Source of the DNA: Octopus sinensis | Lineage: Eukaryota | Assembly (NCBI RefSeq): GCF_006345805.1 | Contig: NC_042998.1 | Span: forward strand, 113,026,001 to 113,090,000 | Length of the DNA: 64,000 nucleotides | Reading direction: 5' to 3' | In this document: positions 25,330-40,139 of the stretch, in pieces | Position numbering within the stretch: position 1 is the first letter of the stretch | How the letters are laid out: every line of letters starts with the position of its first letter | Translations under genes and position numbers: made by a program | The notes under the pieces: model-generated | The model's database searches: none | What the model saw: the letters and a program-made list of their open reading frames with translations, nothing else | Told to the model about the DNA's origin: nothing

Positions 25330-26085
25330 GGTCAACATGTAATGTCCATACAGAGCTGGTCGGTGAAAGTTATTTCTGAACGGCCGACCCGTGTGTCTAG
25401 ATATCCGTAGGAGTGTATCACTAAAAAACTTAATCTTGTTTATCTCTCCAGAGATGTCATACAAAGCTCATTAATTTCTTTCTAATGACATCAATGATTG
25501 CAAGAAGTTTGCCGCTGCACAGTCTTTGTTTAAATAGATGTTTTTTTTTCCAGGAGATAATCTGAACGACCCGCAACATACGGGTGTAGGCCTCAGCAAG
25601 TCTGTCCTCCTGATCTTTGGTTAGTGTCCAGGCAGCTGACTCATATAAAAGCACTGATTCCTCAGTGGTACAGAAGATTTTCTGAAGATCTTAGGAAGTG
25701 ATGGATCCAAGATGACACTGAGATCACTGAGAACCTCATCGTTGCAACTTTTTACATTCAGTTCATCTGTGGATGTGATAGCACTGCTTAAATACACAAT
25801 GACGTTTACAGATTTGTTGGAAAGATCTTAATACTCAGAAGATTAATTGAAGGGTTTGGGGTTTAAAATCTACTGGTAGTTTTACTGACTGTAGGTTTCT
25901 TGAAAGCTTTCAACATTATCCAGCGAGGCGAAATAGAGCAAAGTCTTTTTATATGCTGTATACCTCGAGAAGTAGTAGCAGCAATGATGCTCAGCAAGAA
26001 CATAGGTGCTGAAGTACGATCACTTGGTGGAGACACCGATTTCTTGAACATCAGCGGTTTCATACGATTTATTGGCAGCTTTATA
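25330..26085. mobile_element. RTE-like LINE fragment with internal 5' inversion
   Basis: Minus 25850->25330 encodes VYLSS..ESVLLYESAAWTLTK..YTRMLR (thumb). Plus 25870->26085 encodes GFLKAFNII..EVRSLGGDTDFLNISG (RT motif 3-4 region). Confidence 0.75.
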
Positions 26086-26664
26086 TGATTTCTGCAACCT
26101 TATTGAAGAAATCCCCGATTGTTTTGACAATGTAGGCGTATAAATGAAACGAAGCTATAAAAATTAACTAAATGGAAACCGATATTCTTCGCTTATCTCT
26201 ATATTGTAGCAAAACACGATTTACATTTTAATATGCGATTAATTCATATATACTGCGGCAAGTAAATTTTCCACAAAATTCTAAGTTGGTGAATTGTTTG
26301 AATGTCATTACAGACTTTCAGATTCAGTTCACAAGCAATCGAAAAATGACCAAATTAATTAAGATCCTAGTCATCAAATGGAACCTATCGCGCATGTCCT
26401 CAGACATAAGATTTGTGCCATATCAGTGGGAAAAGAAATGTATGCCAATTTTTTTATGGAAACGTCTAGTACTCAGAACTGGTTTAGAATACATGTAAAA
26501 CGTCTGTCCGTCATCGAGATATTGTTTGGTGAGTTGGATTTCTAAGTGGTGGTGAGGTGGGACGAAAAATCGTCATTCGTTTTGCTTTAGAAGGAAATAT
26601 ATGTATTTATATCATTGGGTGTTAGTTTTGTCTGTTTTTTGCTTTGTGAGTGTGCGAGCATGTG

Positions 26665-26750
<86 letters not shown>

Positions 26751-29276
26751 CGTGCGTGCTAGTGCTCTCTCAAGCATGTGTGTTCGTATATGTATAAATT
26801 TGTTAGAAGAGAGTCAATCTTTTCAGGCCTTCCTAAATTGGTGAGATTGACGAGGCCAATGCTGAGACTGCACATAGGCGTTTCAATGCCTGCAAGAAAT
26901 TCTAGTTCAAATGCTTGTCACAAAATTATTCGTACTAAAAGACCCCAAGCACCAAGTTGTGGTGTTCAACTGCCCAAGCTAGCTCAAATTCAGACGGTTC
27001 ATATTGTTTGGAGCAATGATATCATAAAATCTATTCAAATAAATGCTCTTTGATTTTATTAATTATCGGCAACCAAACCTATGATTTCAAAGTAACGGAT
27101 TAAATACAATGGATCCGGTTAATGTATTTTGCATGTATGAGCTGATCTTGAGATTTTGCAAATTTACATAAATATTTGCTGATTATCCAAACAGACTTTC
27201 AATCTTTCATCAGTTAAGTTCAACTGCCCTTCACAGTAGAAAAGGGCAACAATAGATCCCTTCCAGTATTGTAGCACAAAAAAAAGTTTGCTTTGGATGA
27301 ACGTTACCTGTCAAACAGGAATCAACAACAGTGTGCAATAAGATCCAGAAAGGTAGTCCTTGAGAGGATGAGATTGTCCAAGAGAGGGTGAGAGTTCAGT
27401 ATAAGAAGAATCAAACTGCGATGTCTTATAGAAATGTCATTTGAATGATAAACAACACCAGTTTTGGCGGCAATTATTCATAAAATGTTGATTTTATAGA
27501 ATAGTTATTTTCAGAAAAATGATATTGATTATCCACAACAATCCTCCCACGCAAATAGGAAAACAGGACACCAATGATAGAATATTTACAAATTAAGAAG
27601 ATAATCGCAGATCCAGTAAATTGCATATCCTTTAGATGCCAGTACTATAGATTTTCTTTTCTAGATTAGTTTGTAGACTAATCTGACTATTCAAGAGATT
27701 CCAACAGAAAATGTGGAAAAAACACAAAAGAAACAGTAAACATAGAATTTTGTCTATATCGGTAAAAATCAGTTTAAATTGTTTAAAATGTAAATAATGT
27801 TAGTGTAAAACATGGAGAAGATGCTAACTTTCTCAGAAAAGGTGAGAGGGAGCTATGGGAAATGCTAGATTTCTTTTCTCATGATGACACAAGCTTTTTA
27901 TTTCCTTAAAACAAATTATGAAAGGTGTGTTTGGTCAGTTGACTCCTGTAACAGATAACTGCATAAATGGGTTAATTGCATAATACTTTCAATTACATAA
28001 TAATTTCAATCACCAAGGATAATTAACTATGCGTTATCGACTGTACTATCATATCTAATAGAACATGTACCCAAGTACAGTATTTGTAATTCTAAGCTAG
28101 TACATGTCACTTAATATGATTCATTATTTCAAAACAAGACTTCCCCGCTTCAAACTGAGAATAACAATTTCCAAACAAGTTTAACACAAAAAAAATTTAT
28201 TCAATAGAAAATATAACATGAAAACATCTTTTACAATTTGTTTTTGTGGCAAATCCCATCTTATGTCTTCATATATTTTCCGCATGATTGGTGTACTGTT
28301 ATATATTGCTTCATACAGTATACATATATCTTATTATCAACCTTCCCACTGCATTTACCGCCTGGATTTCTCGCATGAAAACAATATTTTCTTGCTTTGA
28401 CAAGGTCTAAAATTATTGTGCTTTCAGTTTTAAAATTAATAACTGTGTACTTAACTGGGTCCTTATAGTCCAGTCCACAACCATAACAGTTCTTGAGCTG
28501 ACGACGAACGACGTTGACCATTGACGTCTTCTTTGTTCTACATCCACCTTGATACTGCTTGTCAAGGATTTGTTCAAAATACTATTCAGAGAATAAGCAG
28601 TTCAATGCTAGGCGTCGAATTCTGCACGAGCTACGAAAATACAATGCTGCGCATTCCACTATAGATTTTATGAATGCACAATTCCATAGAGAATGATCAG
28701 TTCGGTGGAAGTAACACTTCTTGACCACACGCCGTGTTCTCCAATTGATAAAATCCCCCCCTACATTTCTATGTGTTTATACGTTGTTCATCTTGTTAAT
28801 TAAATCAAGTAAGTTTAAATTTTAAGTGACATGTAACGTTCATTTTGAAACTGCTATTCTCACTTTGAAATTGCATGTACTTCTCCCTTAGATTTACAAA
28901 TCATGAAGTCAGTAATAAGTTTCACACTATCACATGGCCCTCTGTTGTCTTCAACAGAGAGCACTATATTGCGGTCATTTAAGTTAGAGGTCTGATCTGA
29001 TGATAACCCGAGTCTTCAACTCTTCCTCACATCAGTTACAGCAGCTCCCGAAAAGTTCAAAGAGGTATTACACTTCATTTTCTAACAGAGCTGTAACAAC
29101 TACGAAAAGATTTCCATATTTCGTTCACGACATTAACAGTCTTCGATAATTTGAAGCACCAATGTTCTCGACTCTATATTTTGGTAATTTAAACAATGTA
29201 TATGCAATTTATACTTTTTTTCTTTTATACTTTTTTTTCTTTTTTCCCCCTTTGCTTTCTTGGTGTAACTTTTCAG

Positions 29277-29578
29277 GAAGAGGAAGTTACTCGAAGGTCA
29301 AGCTTGGTCATATATCTAAGAATGACCCAAGACAAGTTGCTGTAAAAATCATTAATCTAATGAAAGCGCCTGATGATTTTAAAGAAAGTTTCCTTCCTCG
29401 TGAGCTGGAGAACTGGCCATCACTCGATCATCGTCACGTAATTAAATTCTATGAAGCTTTTCAAATTGACCAAACTTTATTTATGATCATCGAGTTTGCT
29501 CCTCACGGAGATATGCTTAAATACATCCAAGCAAATGGAAATTTACCAGAGATGAAAAGAAAATTGCTAATGACTCAG
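29277..29578 (+). CDS. TSSK: TSSK-like kinase gene B, exon 2 (N-lobe)
   Basis: Polypyrimidine tract plus ttttcag acceptor. Encodes GRGSYSKVK..VAVKII..APDDFKESFLPRELE..HRHVIKFYE..GDMLKYIQ..TQ, then a CAG|GTAAAC donor. 302 nt. The APxDF...FLPRE motif is a TSSK hallmark. Confidence 0.95.
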
Positions 29579-29648
29579 GTAAACTAATCACATCAAATTA
29601 TTTGTTAATTGTTCATCCTTGTCCGTTATTACTTTTAATAATAATAAC

Positions 29649-29732
<84 letters not shown>

Positions 29733-29733
<1 letters not shown>

Positions 29734-30288
29734 GCCCTGGTGCAGTACCAGGCAGTGGCTCTCATGGCTTCTGATCTTAACTGATTGGAAGTGTTATCAT
29801 GTACATTGTTTTGTCTTGGTATAAAAGATGGGCTACAGCAAATATTCTGCTCACTACCACAGATTTGCTTGTCAGTTGTTTGACCTTAACCAGTTGAGCA
29901 TGTCCCTTAGTGGCTGACGATATGTGCATCTCTGATCACGAGCAGAAGTCGTGGGGGAGCATCATAGCCATGTGTTGAAAGGAATTCTTTGGGGTTTGAA
30001 TAGTTCACCTCTGGAAACATGGGTAGTTCTTTCAACATCCTTAAACAACCCTTATTCAGGGACCGTTTGAGCGGGATGGGCTACTCAACCTGAAGAAAAT
30101 TCTAACTGGGCCCCCACCTGCAAGGTCATGTGCTATTTATCTTGATATGAGATCACCATGTCGCGCACATATGGTTGTGATGCATGTGCCTGGTGTACCT
30201 TTATCAGACGGGTAGTCATGATGGGTATATTGGGCTTTGTATATTTTACCCCAGTGTCACTTTGATGGCATGAACTGCTCTCTCACTC
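29733..30288. repeat. About 555-bp dispersed repeat copy 1, flanked by (AAT)n on both sides
   Basis: Colinear with 30770-31272 and bounded by (AAT)n at 29637-29731 and 30289 onward. No ORF. Confidence 0.85.
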
Positions 30289-30765
<477 letters not shown>

Positions 30766-30769
30766 AATT

Positions 30770-31272
30770 GGAAGCGTTAACATGTATATGTTTTGTCTTG
30801 GTATAAAAGATGGTTTACAGCAAATATTCTGCTCGATACCACAGATTTGCCTATCAGTTGTTTGACCTTAACTTGTTGGGCATGTTGCTTGATGACTGAC
30901 AATATATGCATTTCTGATCACGAGCAGAAGTCGTGGGGGAGCATCATAGCCATATGTTAAGAGAAATTCTTTGGGGTTTGAATAATTCATCTCTGGAAAT
31001 ATGGGTGTTTCGTTCAACATCCATAAACAACCCTTATCCAGTGACCTTTTGAGCAAGGTAAGCTACTCAACTTGAAGAAAATTCTAACTGGGCCTCACCT
31101 GCACAGTTATGTACCGTTTATCTTGATATGAGATCACCATGTCTTGCACATATGGTTGTGATGCATGTGCCTGGTGTACCCATGTCAGACGGGTAGTCAT
31201 GATGAGTATATTGGGCTTTGTACATTTGTACCCCAGTGTCACTTTGGTGGTATGCGCTGCTCTCTCATTCAC
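30770..31272. repeat. About 500-bp dispersed repeat copy 2 (more diverged), ending in (TAG/CAG)n
   Basis: Shares ttgtcttggtataaaagatgg, tctgatcacgagcagaagtcgtgggggagcatcatagcca and tcttgatatgagatcaccatgtc with copy 1. Confidence 0.85.
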
Positions 31273-31285
31273 TAGTAGTAGTAGC

Positions 31286-31332
<47 letters not shown>

Positions 31333-31360
31333 CAGCAGTAGCAGTAGCAGCAGCAGCAGT

Positions 31361-31391
<31 letters not shown>

Positions 31392-31402
31392 GCAGCAGCA
31401 AC

Positions 31403-31441
<39 letters not shown>
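31273..31441. repeat. (TAG)n/(CAG)n compound trinucleotide repeat
   Basis: Read directly from the sequence. Confidence 0.97.
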
Positions 31442-31443
<2 letters not shown>

Positions 31444-31449
31444 ATTCTA

Positions 31450-32340
31450 ACACACATCCCATACCATAAGAACGTTGTGAAATAAAACAACTCACGAAAA
31501 ATACGCTTCAAGATTAGTAACCAATAAAATAACACACGAACCAAGCTAAACGCATCCCCTTAACAAAACAAACCGATGCCGTACACTAGCAGGAAGACAC
31601 TATACTCCTTAATCCCCACAAAAATGAGAACTTACGGCGGTACGGTACACGCACCTCCAGAAATCGGGGATACACCAGGTGGTGCAACAGAAACTATGAA
31701 ACTATTGAATAAACAACAATCACACCAACAACGACGACGACAACTACAATGCCGATGGCGCTGATGATTTTATTGGCATTCAAGACATTGGTTAGAACAC
31801 ACGGATGAAAAACAAGATCAGTGAGGTTTCAGGGCGAGTTAAAAGAATCCGAAATCAACGAAAAGAATGGAAATAACAAAATATATCAAAAGGTCCCCAG
31901 CATAATTCAGACAAAGTCCTAGATTACTCTGCATATCGAAGGCTTCATAAACCCCCTCTTATAGTGTCTTGCTTCTTGTTTACAACCGTATAACCGGAAT
32001 AGGCTGATTTAGCTCCGTCAGTCTTTCTGTTCTCACACACCTTTCGTAAAACTGGATGGCAGCGCCTCGGCTTCCACCTTCACTCTCCTCTTCAGGTGAT
32101 ATTAAAGGAAATCTATGATAGCTTGAACAAAGAAGAAAATCCCCGTCCTCAAGCCTTTTAACTGAATCTAATATACAACTGCCTTCACCATAGTCACCAA
32201 ACAGAGAAAGCCTACTTACTATTTCTTCCACAGACAGGTTGCGGACAGATCTTCTCAATATACTCAGTTGATAGTTAAATTCTTCTTACATGAGTGGCAG
32301 CTCTTCGATACTAACCAACAAGTTTGCAATACAGATCGCC
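31450..32340 (-). mobile_element. Probable 3' end of an L1/Tx1-type LINE (decayed)
   Basis: Minus-strand frames give ICPQPVCG and LKGLRTGIFFFVQAIIDFL*YHLKRRVKVE, resembling Tx1 ORF2 C-termini, followed by a UTR-like stretch that ends at the trinucleotide SSR. Confidence 0.45.
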
Positions 32341-33683
32341 CCACAAAAAAAAAAAGTTTCTAAGAAAGCTTAAAATTCAAGTCGAACAGGATCTTAAAAT
32401 CATGACCGTAATTTTAATTCAATCTTTTAAAAGTAAAAGCGTGGAGAGTAAAAGATATAAAAAATTAGTTTAACAATTCCAGCGAAATAAAAGGTTAAGT
32501 GACGTATGAACAAGCGGCGTATCTCTTATGAAGAAATCAAATTACACAACAATACAATGAGAAAATCTACTATTGATTTGGGAAGATAAATATAGAAGCT
32601 TAAGATAGGAAAGGGCTTTCAGAAATCACTTGATATTCATAAAACACCCACATGTCTAACACTCAAATGTGATAAAATGCATTAATAAAGTAAACCACCT
32701 GTCCCAAATACCAGAGTGGTTGACACAGGGGGACATAATTCTCCTGCCAAAATCAGAGACGAATCGACCTAAAAAAACATGCCAATCATACGCCATCTTA
32801 ACTTAAATATCTTTATATCGACTCCAAAGAATATTTGTCAACACTACGACTGAAATAAGTCTTCTAACTGAATAAGAAAAGAACTGGAGAAGGACTCCTG
32901 ACTGTGAAGACACTGGTAAGAGGCTCTAGGTGGAAACAGAAGAACTTACAGTCTGCTAAGATAGACCATGAAAAAGCGTATTACACTGTGCCGCACTCGT
33001 GGATCCTTGGGTTAATTTCTTATACGATTCATGAATAGTGGCATACCTAAATGGAACACAAATGTACTAAAACACAAGAAAAATATCCTAGAAGGACGGG
33101 AATATTTTTAAGAAATTCGCTTTTGTAACATTTGTAAAGTTTTCAATCAATTCTAGTATATATTTTACCTTAAGATAAACAGTTAAATTGCTTAGGTTTG
33201 AAATTCAAAACAATATGGTGATTTTACTGGAAAGAATAAAGTATTAACTGGTTTTAGCAATGTTTAAAAGTTAAATTTACTAAATGACTGAGATGAGTTA
33301 ATAACACAATTATAATTTTTCGGACTACCAAACTTCATCGTTAAAGATGAGAGTATTATTTTAATATCTATATCAACACTAATGCTTATATATACTAATA
33401 TATTTATCTCTACATTGTTTTGTTTGGAACATATCCAAGAATAAGACAACTGATGGAAATTGGAGATCAAACTGATTGAATAATCATTGGGTAGATGTTT
33501 AGATTTTTAAAAAAACTTTTTTCATCTCTAAAGATGGGATTAATACACCGAAAAATAATTTTCACATTTGTGTAAACAATTTTGTGTTTTATAGAGAAAG
33601 AGTTAGGAATTAAATGAAACGATATATTCTAATGTAACATGCATGTTATCGAAATAATGTAATGTGTCTGATTTCATTTCTAG

Positions 33684-34160
33684 CTCTGCAATGGTGTTAA
33701 ATACCTTCACGATCGAGATATCAGTCATCGGGATCTGAAACTTGAAAATCTCTTACTTGACGAATCGAACTCAATAAAAATTACAGATTTTGGTTTTTCG
33801 AAGAAAGTGTCTGGAAAGAATCTAAGTCAAACATATTGTGGTTCAAAGTCATATGCAGCTCCAGAGATTCTAACTGGTTGTCCATACAATCCGTTCAAGT
33901 CAGATATCTGGGCCATTGGTATTATTCTCTATATCATGAGCACAGGAAAATTTCCATTCGACAAAAAGAAAGACATAAAGAAAATTATAGACGACTATAG
34001 GAAGTTACACATATTTTGGGATCGTTATCCTATCGAAAATGATTGCAGAGAGGCTGTCGAAAAACTTCTAGTGTTCCGTTTTCAAGACAGACCATCCATA
34101 GATGATGTGTTTAAGATAAAATGGTTTATTACAGAAAATAGTGTTTCGGAAAAGGCCTAA
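33684..34160 (+). CDS. TSSK: TSSK-like kinase gene B, exon 3 (C-lobe, stop)
   Basis: tttctag acceptor, then LCNGVKYLHDRDISHRDLKLEN..ITDFGFSKK..LSQTYCGSKSYAAPE..KSDIWAIG..RPSIDDV..W to TAA. The spliced CDS is 73+302+477=852 nt = 283 aa + stop. Confidence 0.95.
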   Translation, partial: LCNGVKYLHDRDISHRDLKLENLLLDESNSIKITDFGFSKKVSGKNLSQTYCGSKSYAAPEILTGCPYNPFKSDIWAIGIILYIMSTGKFPFDKKKDIKKIIDDYRKLHIFWDRYPIENDCREAVEKLLVFRFQDRPSIDDVFKIKWFITENSVSEKA

Positions 34161-36361
34161 CAGTTAACGATTCCATATAATTCTTCCTTAATACCGATTT
34201 CACATAACTTCACATTTGACAAATTTTCTTTCCTATCAACGAAGAGTACCTAATTAACATTTCCGTGTACAGCTGGTTTCCGTTAAAGTATTATATTGCG
34301 TAGGCATACATACCATTATACATAACCAAACAGTGGACGCAATCTTTGTCTTATCGTTTAATTATTTCAGACGGTTGCTCTTTTTATATATATTTTCTCT
34401 TTATTTAATTGTTACTTTTACTCATATCTTTTCTTTTTGTATTATTGTTTATTAAAAATACAATACAAATGAGTGTTGATCTGAAATAAGATAAACCTGT
34501 ATATCCTGGTAACGTTACTGTTTTTCCTACATCATTTGGTCAGAATCGTCACAGTATTGAACAAAATGTTTTGCAAAATTTGGTTACATTCCGTATGTCC
34601 TGAGTTTAAAGCTTGCTCTGGCCAACATAACCTTTCTTTCTTTCGGGTTGTCGATGAAATAAATATCAGTCAAGTACTGGAGTCGATATAATCCATTCTA
34701 CGCGTTCGCCCAACATCTCTGGTCTTGTGCCCATGCTAGAAACCGTCTCTATCAAGCGATACTATTCAATAAGGAAATCGAATACATAATTGAAGTTTTT
34801 AACATTGAAACAGTATCATGAAGATCTATAGATTTATGTATCAAAATATAAATAAGAACTTTTATTACACATGGAAGCTACACGAGTTCCGCTGGTTATA
34901 ATGAGTTTAAATGCATCAACAGATGCACTGCCATATTGTTGAGTTGTATGCGCATAGGGTTTTGTATGCGTCTGAGTGCGCGTGTATGTACGTGTAAAAT
35001 TTCCTTTTTTGTGGCTGTGGGATGATTTATTTTGTTGTGGAGATTTTACTGTTTCTGGTGTTATTTTAACGTTTTGCCAGTTTGTTGTGTAGCATTTGTG
35101 TAGCGTAAGTTGTGCCATAGTAATGAGTTGCGATTGTGTATAATGTATTGTTTACTGGGTATTATTTGGTGTACCGTTGTGTAAGTCTGTTACAGTACTC
35201 GAACTGCAATCAGTTTAAAATGTCTAATGTACGTAGTACGCGACATGCATGTCTTTTTTCTTTCTTTTTTTAACTATGTGAAAAGCTATAAGCTCAGGTA
35301 TAGTTTTTATAGCTTTATTTATTTTATTCACTTTGAAATAGAATAGGTATGCACCGGGAGTTGTGAATCCAAACTAACAATAAGACCAATGCAAACTACC
35401 TAAATAAATATAAATTATAAGAATCTATCTAGTCTGTCAGATATCGAGATTCCTTCTTAAAGGCCCCCACTCGAATAACCACCAAAAACATAGACCTCTT
35501 TCTGAAGCAAATTCAAAGCAACTGTATTTCACAAATAAAACTTAACCTAGTGAACCCATTATTTTGTTGTTTTTACATGAATCACTACTCCATTATCGCC
35601 CCACTTTTCTTCAACGCTCCCTTGAAACTTTCCACCGCCCGGGGGGGATGGGCTTAGATTACTGCCCACTTTGGGAATGCAGAGCATTTATTATAATATA
35701 GTTTATACTATAAATTATAGGATATAAATGCTCTACATTCTACTGGTGCCTTCTTAGAAATTGCCGTATAAAGAAACTTAAAGAATGCATAAAGCCCAAA
35801 TACACATAAAGTCCGTGTATTCTATTATACATCAAGCCCCAAAGAGAACTTGAATTCAGTATGGTGAGTTAAGAAACAACACTCATTAATTACCTTATGA
35901 TCCGTTCCTTAATGCCATCAACTGTACTCATATACAGTGCCTTTTCAGAAAGTACGCGCACTAAGCTTCCTTGTTTTAATCATACACATAGCGCATTGAC
36001 CTCGATGAGCTTTTAATACAATTTTTCTCTAGAGTTCTTGCAACTTTCGGTTATGAAATAGTAAAATACATAAAAGTATCTGTATGATGTGGGGATTTTA
36101 TTTTCTTTAGAAAAATCGGAAGTTTATATAATCTTCTGAATGAAGTATTGGGTGACGTCTGTGAGATTGGAAATTGGTTTGAAAGAGTTTGCAAGAAATA
36201 ATAAGAGAGGAAAATTATGAGTTTATTCGATACGAAGCGAGAAGGGGATAAATGATTTATTAAGTTTAGTTTAGTTCATGTCTTGCTGGAATCAACTTAA
36301 CATTTTATCAAGTAATACACTAGATTCGATTCAACTGATAAAGCATGTAAATGCATGTAAA

Positions 36362-36712
36362 ACAAGAACACTCAGAGAGCGCAAACCTCCGCCAAGGCAA
36401 CATCAACGTCCTCTCAACGATTAGCCAGAGATGGTTTTTAAAATGAAAATTTCTGAAATAAAATCGAGTGCTCTCATAAACGAGAATACTAAAAATGAAC
36501 CCGATCGCTCTCAAAAATTAAGTAAAAAACAGGAAAAATAATCGTCCAGGACCAGATCGATCCCAAAATCTAATCAGTTCGTGCTAGTCACGAGGCCAAA
36601 CATCCCTGAAAGTTTCATTCAAATCCATCCAACGGTTCTTGAGACACCTTGTCCACGGACAAACAAACTCGACTGAAGACAACACCTCTGCCCTCACTAA
36701 GGCAGGAGTAAA
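36362..36712 (+). mobile_element. Helentron/HINE-like non-autonomous element
   Basis: 5' acaagaacactcagagagcgcaaacctccgccaaggc, internal aatccatccaacggttcttgag..acggacaaacaaac, and 3' acctctgcc..ggcaggagt hairpin with a subterminal repeat. Confidence 0.55.
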
Positions 36713-39707
36713 AATTAGCCCATATCTTCCTCTCAGGCGATTTTACTGTATATCTCCCTCAGTGTACCGTTATTGGTGCCACGTTGAGGGAAGTACAGGG
36801 ACATTCATTGGAGAAAAAGAACAATCTATAAAAACCGGTACTTGTTTTTACTTAATTTATCAGGTACTTATTTTATCGACTTCAGAGACATGACAGATGT
36901 CGACCGAGACGAGATTTCAAATAAATGCGTAGAGATGTACTACATTACACACGGCATTGTTTTATTTTAATCAGAAGAAGAAGAATAGCTCCAATTGTGT
37001 TTATATGGCCTCCGGAACTGGTAGCGCGAAAGAAAATAATCCTTTAACTGGAGCCGTGCAACCTATGTATCTCTGCTAAACGCATATATGAACTAGTTGG
37101 CAGTGTTAAATCTTGTAATAGATTAAATCTACCCTGTTCTCATTTACTTATTGCTCGTTAATATTGTAATAATAATACAACACTAATAAACACATCAATA
37201 GTCAGTTATTCCTTCTATCAATAGACCTCTACTAAAATAGGATTTTGTCTGTGAATTCATTATAATCAACAAACACAGCTTACTAGTCTAATGGTGTCTC
37301 TTGAAATGACTTCATATTTAAAGAAATAGCACCCTATTTTTATATTTGTAAGATTCTAACTCACTATTTTCTACCCTAGCATTCAGTTGACACTGTTAAA
37401 AGGCTGATGGCAGTAACATTCGTGGATCCTTGGTTAATTGATTATAGGATTCAAGAGTCATTTATGACATAAGCCACGAAGGTATGAAAAGTAAATTCGA
37501 CATTTCTTGAAATTATATTTAAGGTATTCAAAGCTAAATACTGTAAGTCCTTTAATCCTGCACCCTGTTGTCTCAATTGTATCCCTTCACCAGTTGCTAA
37601 TCATTGAAGTCATTGCTTAAAAGTAAGCATCACACAACACACGAGAATATTTTAACTCCAAGGATTTTATACCAAAACAATTTTTATATTAATCACCCAT
37701 TCAAACAATAATTGAGTACTACTAGAGAGACATAAGATGGAGATTATTGTATAAAACATCGAAGCTTTTTTCTTTTCTTATCAACAATCATAGTTGATAA
37801 AATCTTTATTTATAACTTGTCACTTCTATCTAAACAGTATATATTCAGCAATTATATACTACACTTACGTGTCGGAGTAGATAATCTAGTCCTTATACTA
37901 CACCCCAAACGATATACCTTTGCATGATGGAGTACACAGTCTGCAACCTCTGAATCCAAAATATTGGATGACTTCGCATTGAATCCTTTCTAATGGTTCG
38001 TTATGTCAATTTATGCACTGCTTTTCTTCGAAACTAATTTAATGAAATACGTGTAGATTTAGAGATATCGACCTTCATTTTGTTTCAGCAAAAGTAAACC
38101 AATCATTATTAATTGCGTCTTTAAATAAAAATAACAACATTATTTTATCTATTCTTGTTTATTCGGGAGGGTTTTTTGTTTTTAGAATAAATACGATGGA
38201 AATAGAATTCCACACGAATTAAAGTAAATGATTTTTCCTTCAAAAGCAATAGAAATTTAGTATGATAATATTGTGAGAGGTTTTAGCTGAAGTTTACGCA
38301 GTGTTAAGAAATATATGAATTACTTGAGAGACAGAAATCTTATTTGTACTATCCCTTCTTGTTTAAAAGTGTATTTGTTATGTACAGTCGTTCTACAAAC
38401 CAATGTTTGACCTGTTACACATAACAGCCAAATCTACTTCAAACCATATAGTGTCTTGAATAAAAGAAGGGCAAAGAAGAACACACTGGCTAAGGGAGTC
38501 TGATATGTGTGTGTGTGTGTATGTATTACGATTTGAGGGAGATTTTTCAGTTATTTCCAACAAGTAGACCCAATATGTAGAGATTATGTAGTCGACTCAA
38601 ACAACACTTGGTTAACGTTGCTATTGTTGATTTGGCCAGCTCGGCTCTGATTAAGCAGATATATGACATAAAACGTGTTCAGGCCGTGCCCAACTCACCT
38701 TTTACTTAGCAGGCAATGTGCATCTAGAACCACACACCTAATGTCACTTGTCTTTTTTGAAACGATGGTGTTTGATTTGAGAGCGATTTGGTTATTATTT
38801 TTAGCAACTCGAATGAACACAAAGAAGTTTATTATTTGGCTCGAACAATAATTTGTTGTTGCTGTTCTTGTTCTTGTTTAGCACATTTTGAGCTTTGATC
38901 GAAATGCCTTATTGTCAAATACATTCAAGTGTGTCTTTTCTGATTTGGATGGGAGTATATATTTTTATACATATATCTTCATATCTGCTTCATTCAATGT
39001 GTCGGTCATAATTTTCCAGGTGATAGGGCGTGATTCCAAAGAGATTTTGCTGCTATTTCTCGCAGGACAATCGTTCACATAGACGCTCTTTTGACGGCTC
39101 GTACAGCAATAATTACCCCGTGAAGCAATAACTGCTCATTATATCACATTGTTGATCACCTTAGCTAATTAAATGATGCTGATAATGTAGGTGATAAATA
39201 GCACCGAGAGAAACCTGTGTAGAATCCCCTAGACTGATGAAATTGAAGCAGTTAATGCTCGGCTTGAACATCTATGCGTCAATTTCTGCCTTTTTAACGT
39301 GAGCAGTGGGAAACTGATGCTTGCAACTGAGTGAATTCCACTAAGGACACCCAAAGACCAGCTAATGGTGTTAAACAGGGCGATGTGTTAGACCTACAAC
39401 ACATACAACCACAATAAAATGAGAAGAATAAACCATGATATGTAATCATAGCGCCACTAATAAGATGATGTCCAAATTGGAAAGGAAGGACTTTAAACGA
39501 AGAGACATATCTCGTCTTCCGTGCTTAGCAGTCTGGAAATGCATTGAATGAAAATGGATCTTTATACAGGAGTAATTTATCTTGTTTTTCGCTGCTATGG
39601 CAATATTATTGGTGTTATGTAGATGTGAGTGAAGTTCTAAGACATCACATCAAAGTGAACATAATACGGTTATAATTTTAACTTTTTTTTTATATTTTAT
39701 ATCATTG

Positions 39708-39933
39708 ATAATAATGGTTTCTAATTCAGACACAAAGTCAGCAATTTCGAGGGGAGAAGCTTAGTAAACACCATCGAGCCTTGTAGTTGGCTGGCACTTT
39801 ATTTTACCGACCCCGAAAGTATGAAAGGCAAAATTGGTTTTGGTGGAATTTGAACTCAGAACGAAGCGAGCCGAAATGAATGCTACAAAGTATTTTTCCC
39901 AACGCTCTAATGATTCTGCTAGCTCGCCGCCTT
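39708..39933 (-). mobile_element. SINE family A monomer about 200 bp upstream of gene C ATG
   Basis: accgaccccgaaagtatgaaaggc..ggaatttgaactcagaacg..ctgctagctcgccgcctt. Confidence 0.8.
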
Positions 39934-40139
39934 ATATTTTTGCTAATAATGAAAGTACAGCCAAGTTGCATGATGAGCGCCTTGTATAATATTACCAACG
40001 TGATCTTGAGGCTTGATAGCAATGAACGCTGTCATCAACTTCTTTTCATTTGCAAACAATTTAAATCGAGCAGTATGCTGGAAAAGATCGCAAACCGTAA
40101 CAAATGCAAACAGGAATACGAAACCAAATGTCGCATTAA

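Noticed and set aside
28250-28720. Possible Mutator-like SWIM / CYGCG domain remnant on the minus strand
   Set aside because: Only short Cys/His motifs are present, with no TIR or DDE found; it needs an HMM search.
31980-32258. ORF with 'AAIQFYERC' reminiscent of M13 peptidases
   Set aside because: The match is very short. Other frames of the same DNA resemble a Tx1/L1 C-terminus, so this is likely an off-frame artefact.
39200-39600. Faint RT fragments (NGVKQGDVL; similar traces near 27260-27700, 50700-50870, 56720-56900)
   Set aside because: They are probably ancient LINE debris, but too degenerate to delimit or classify.
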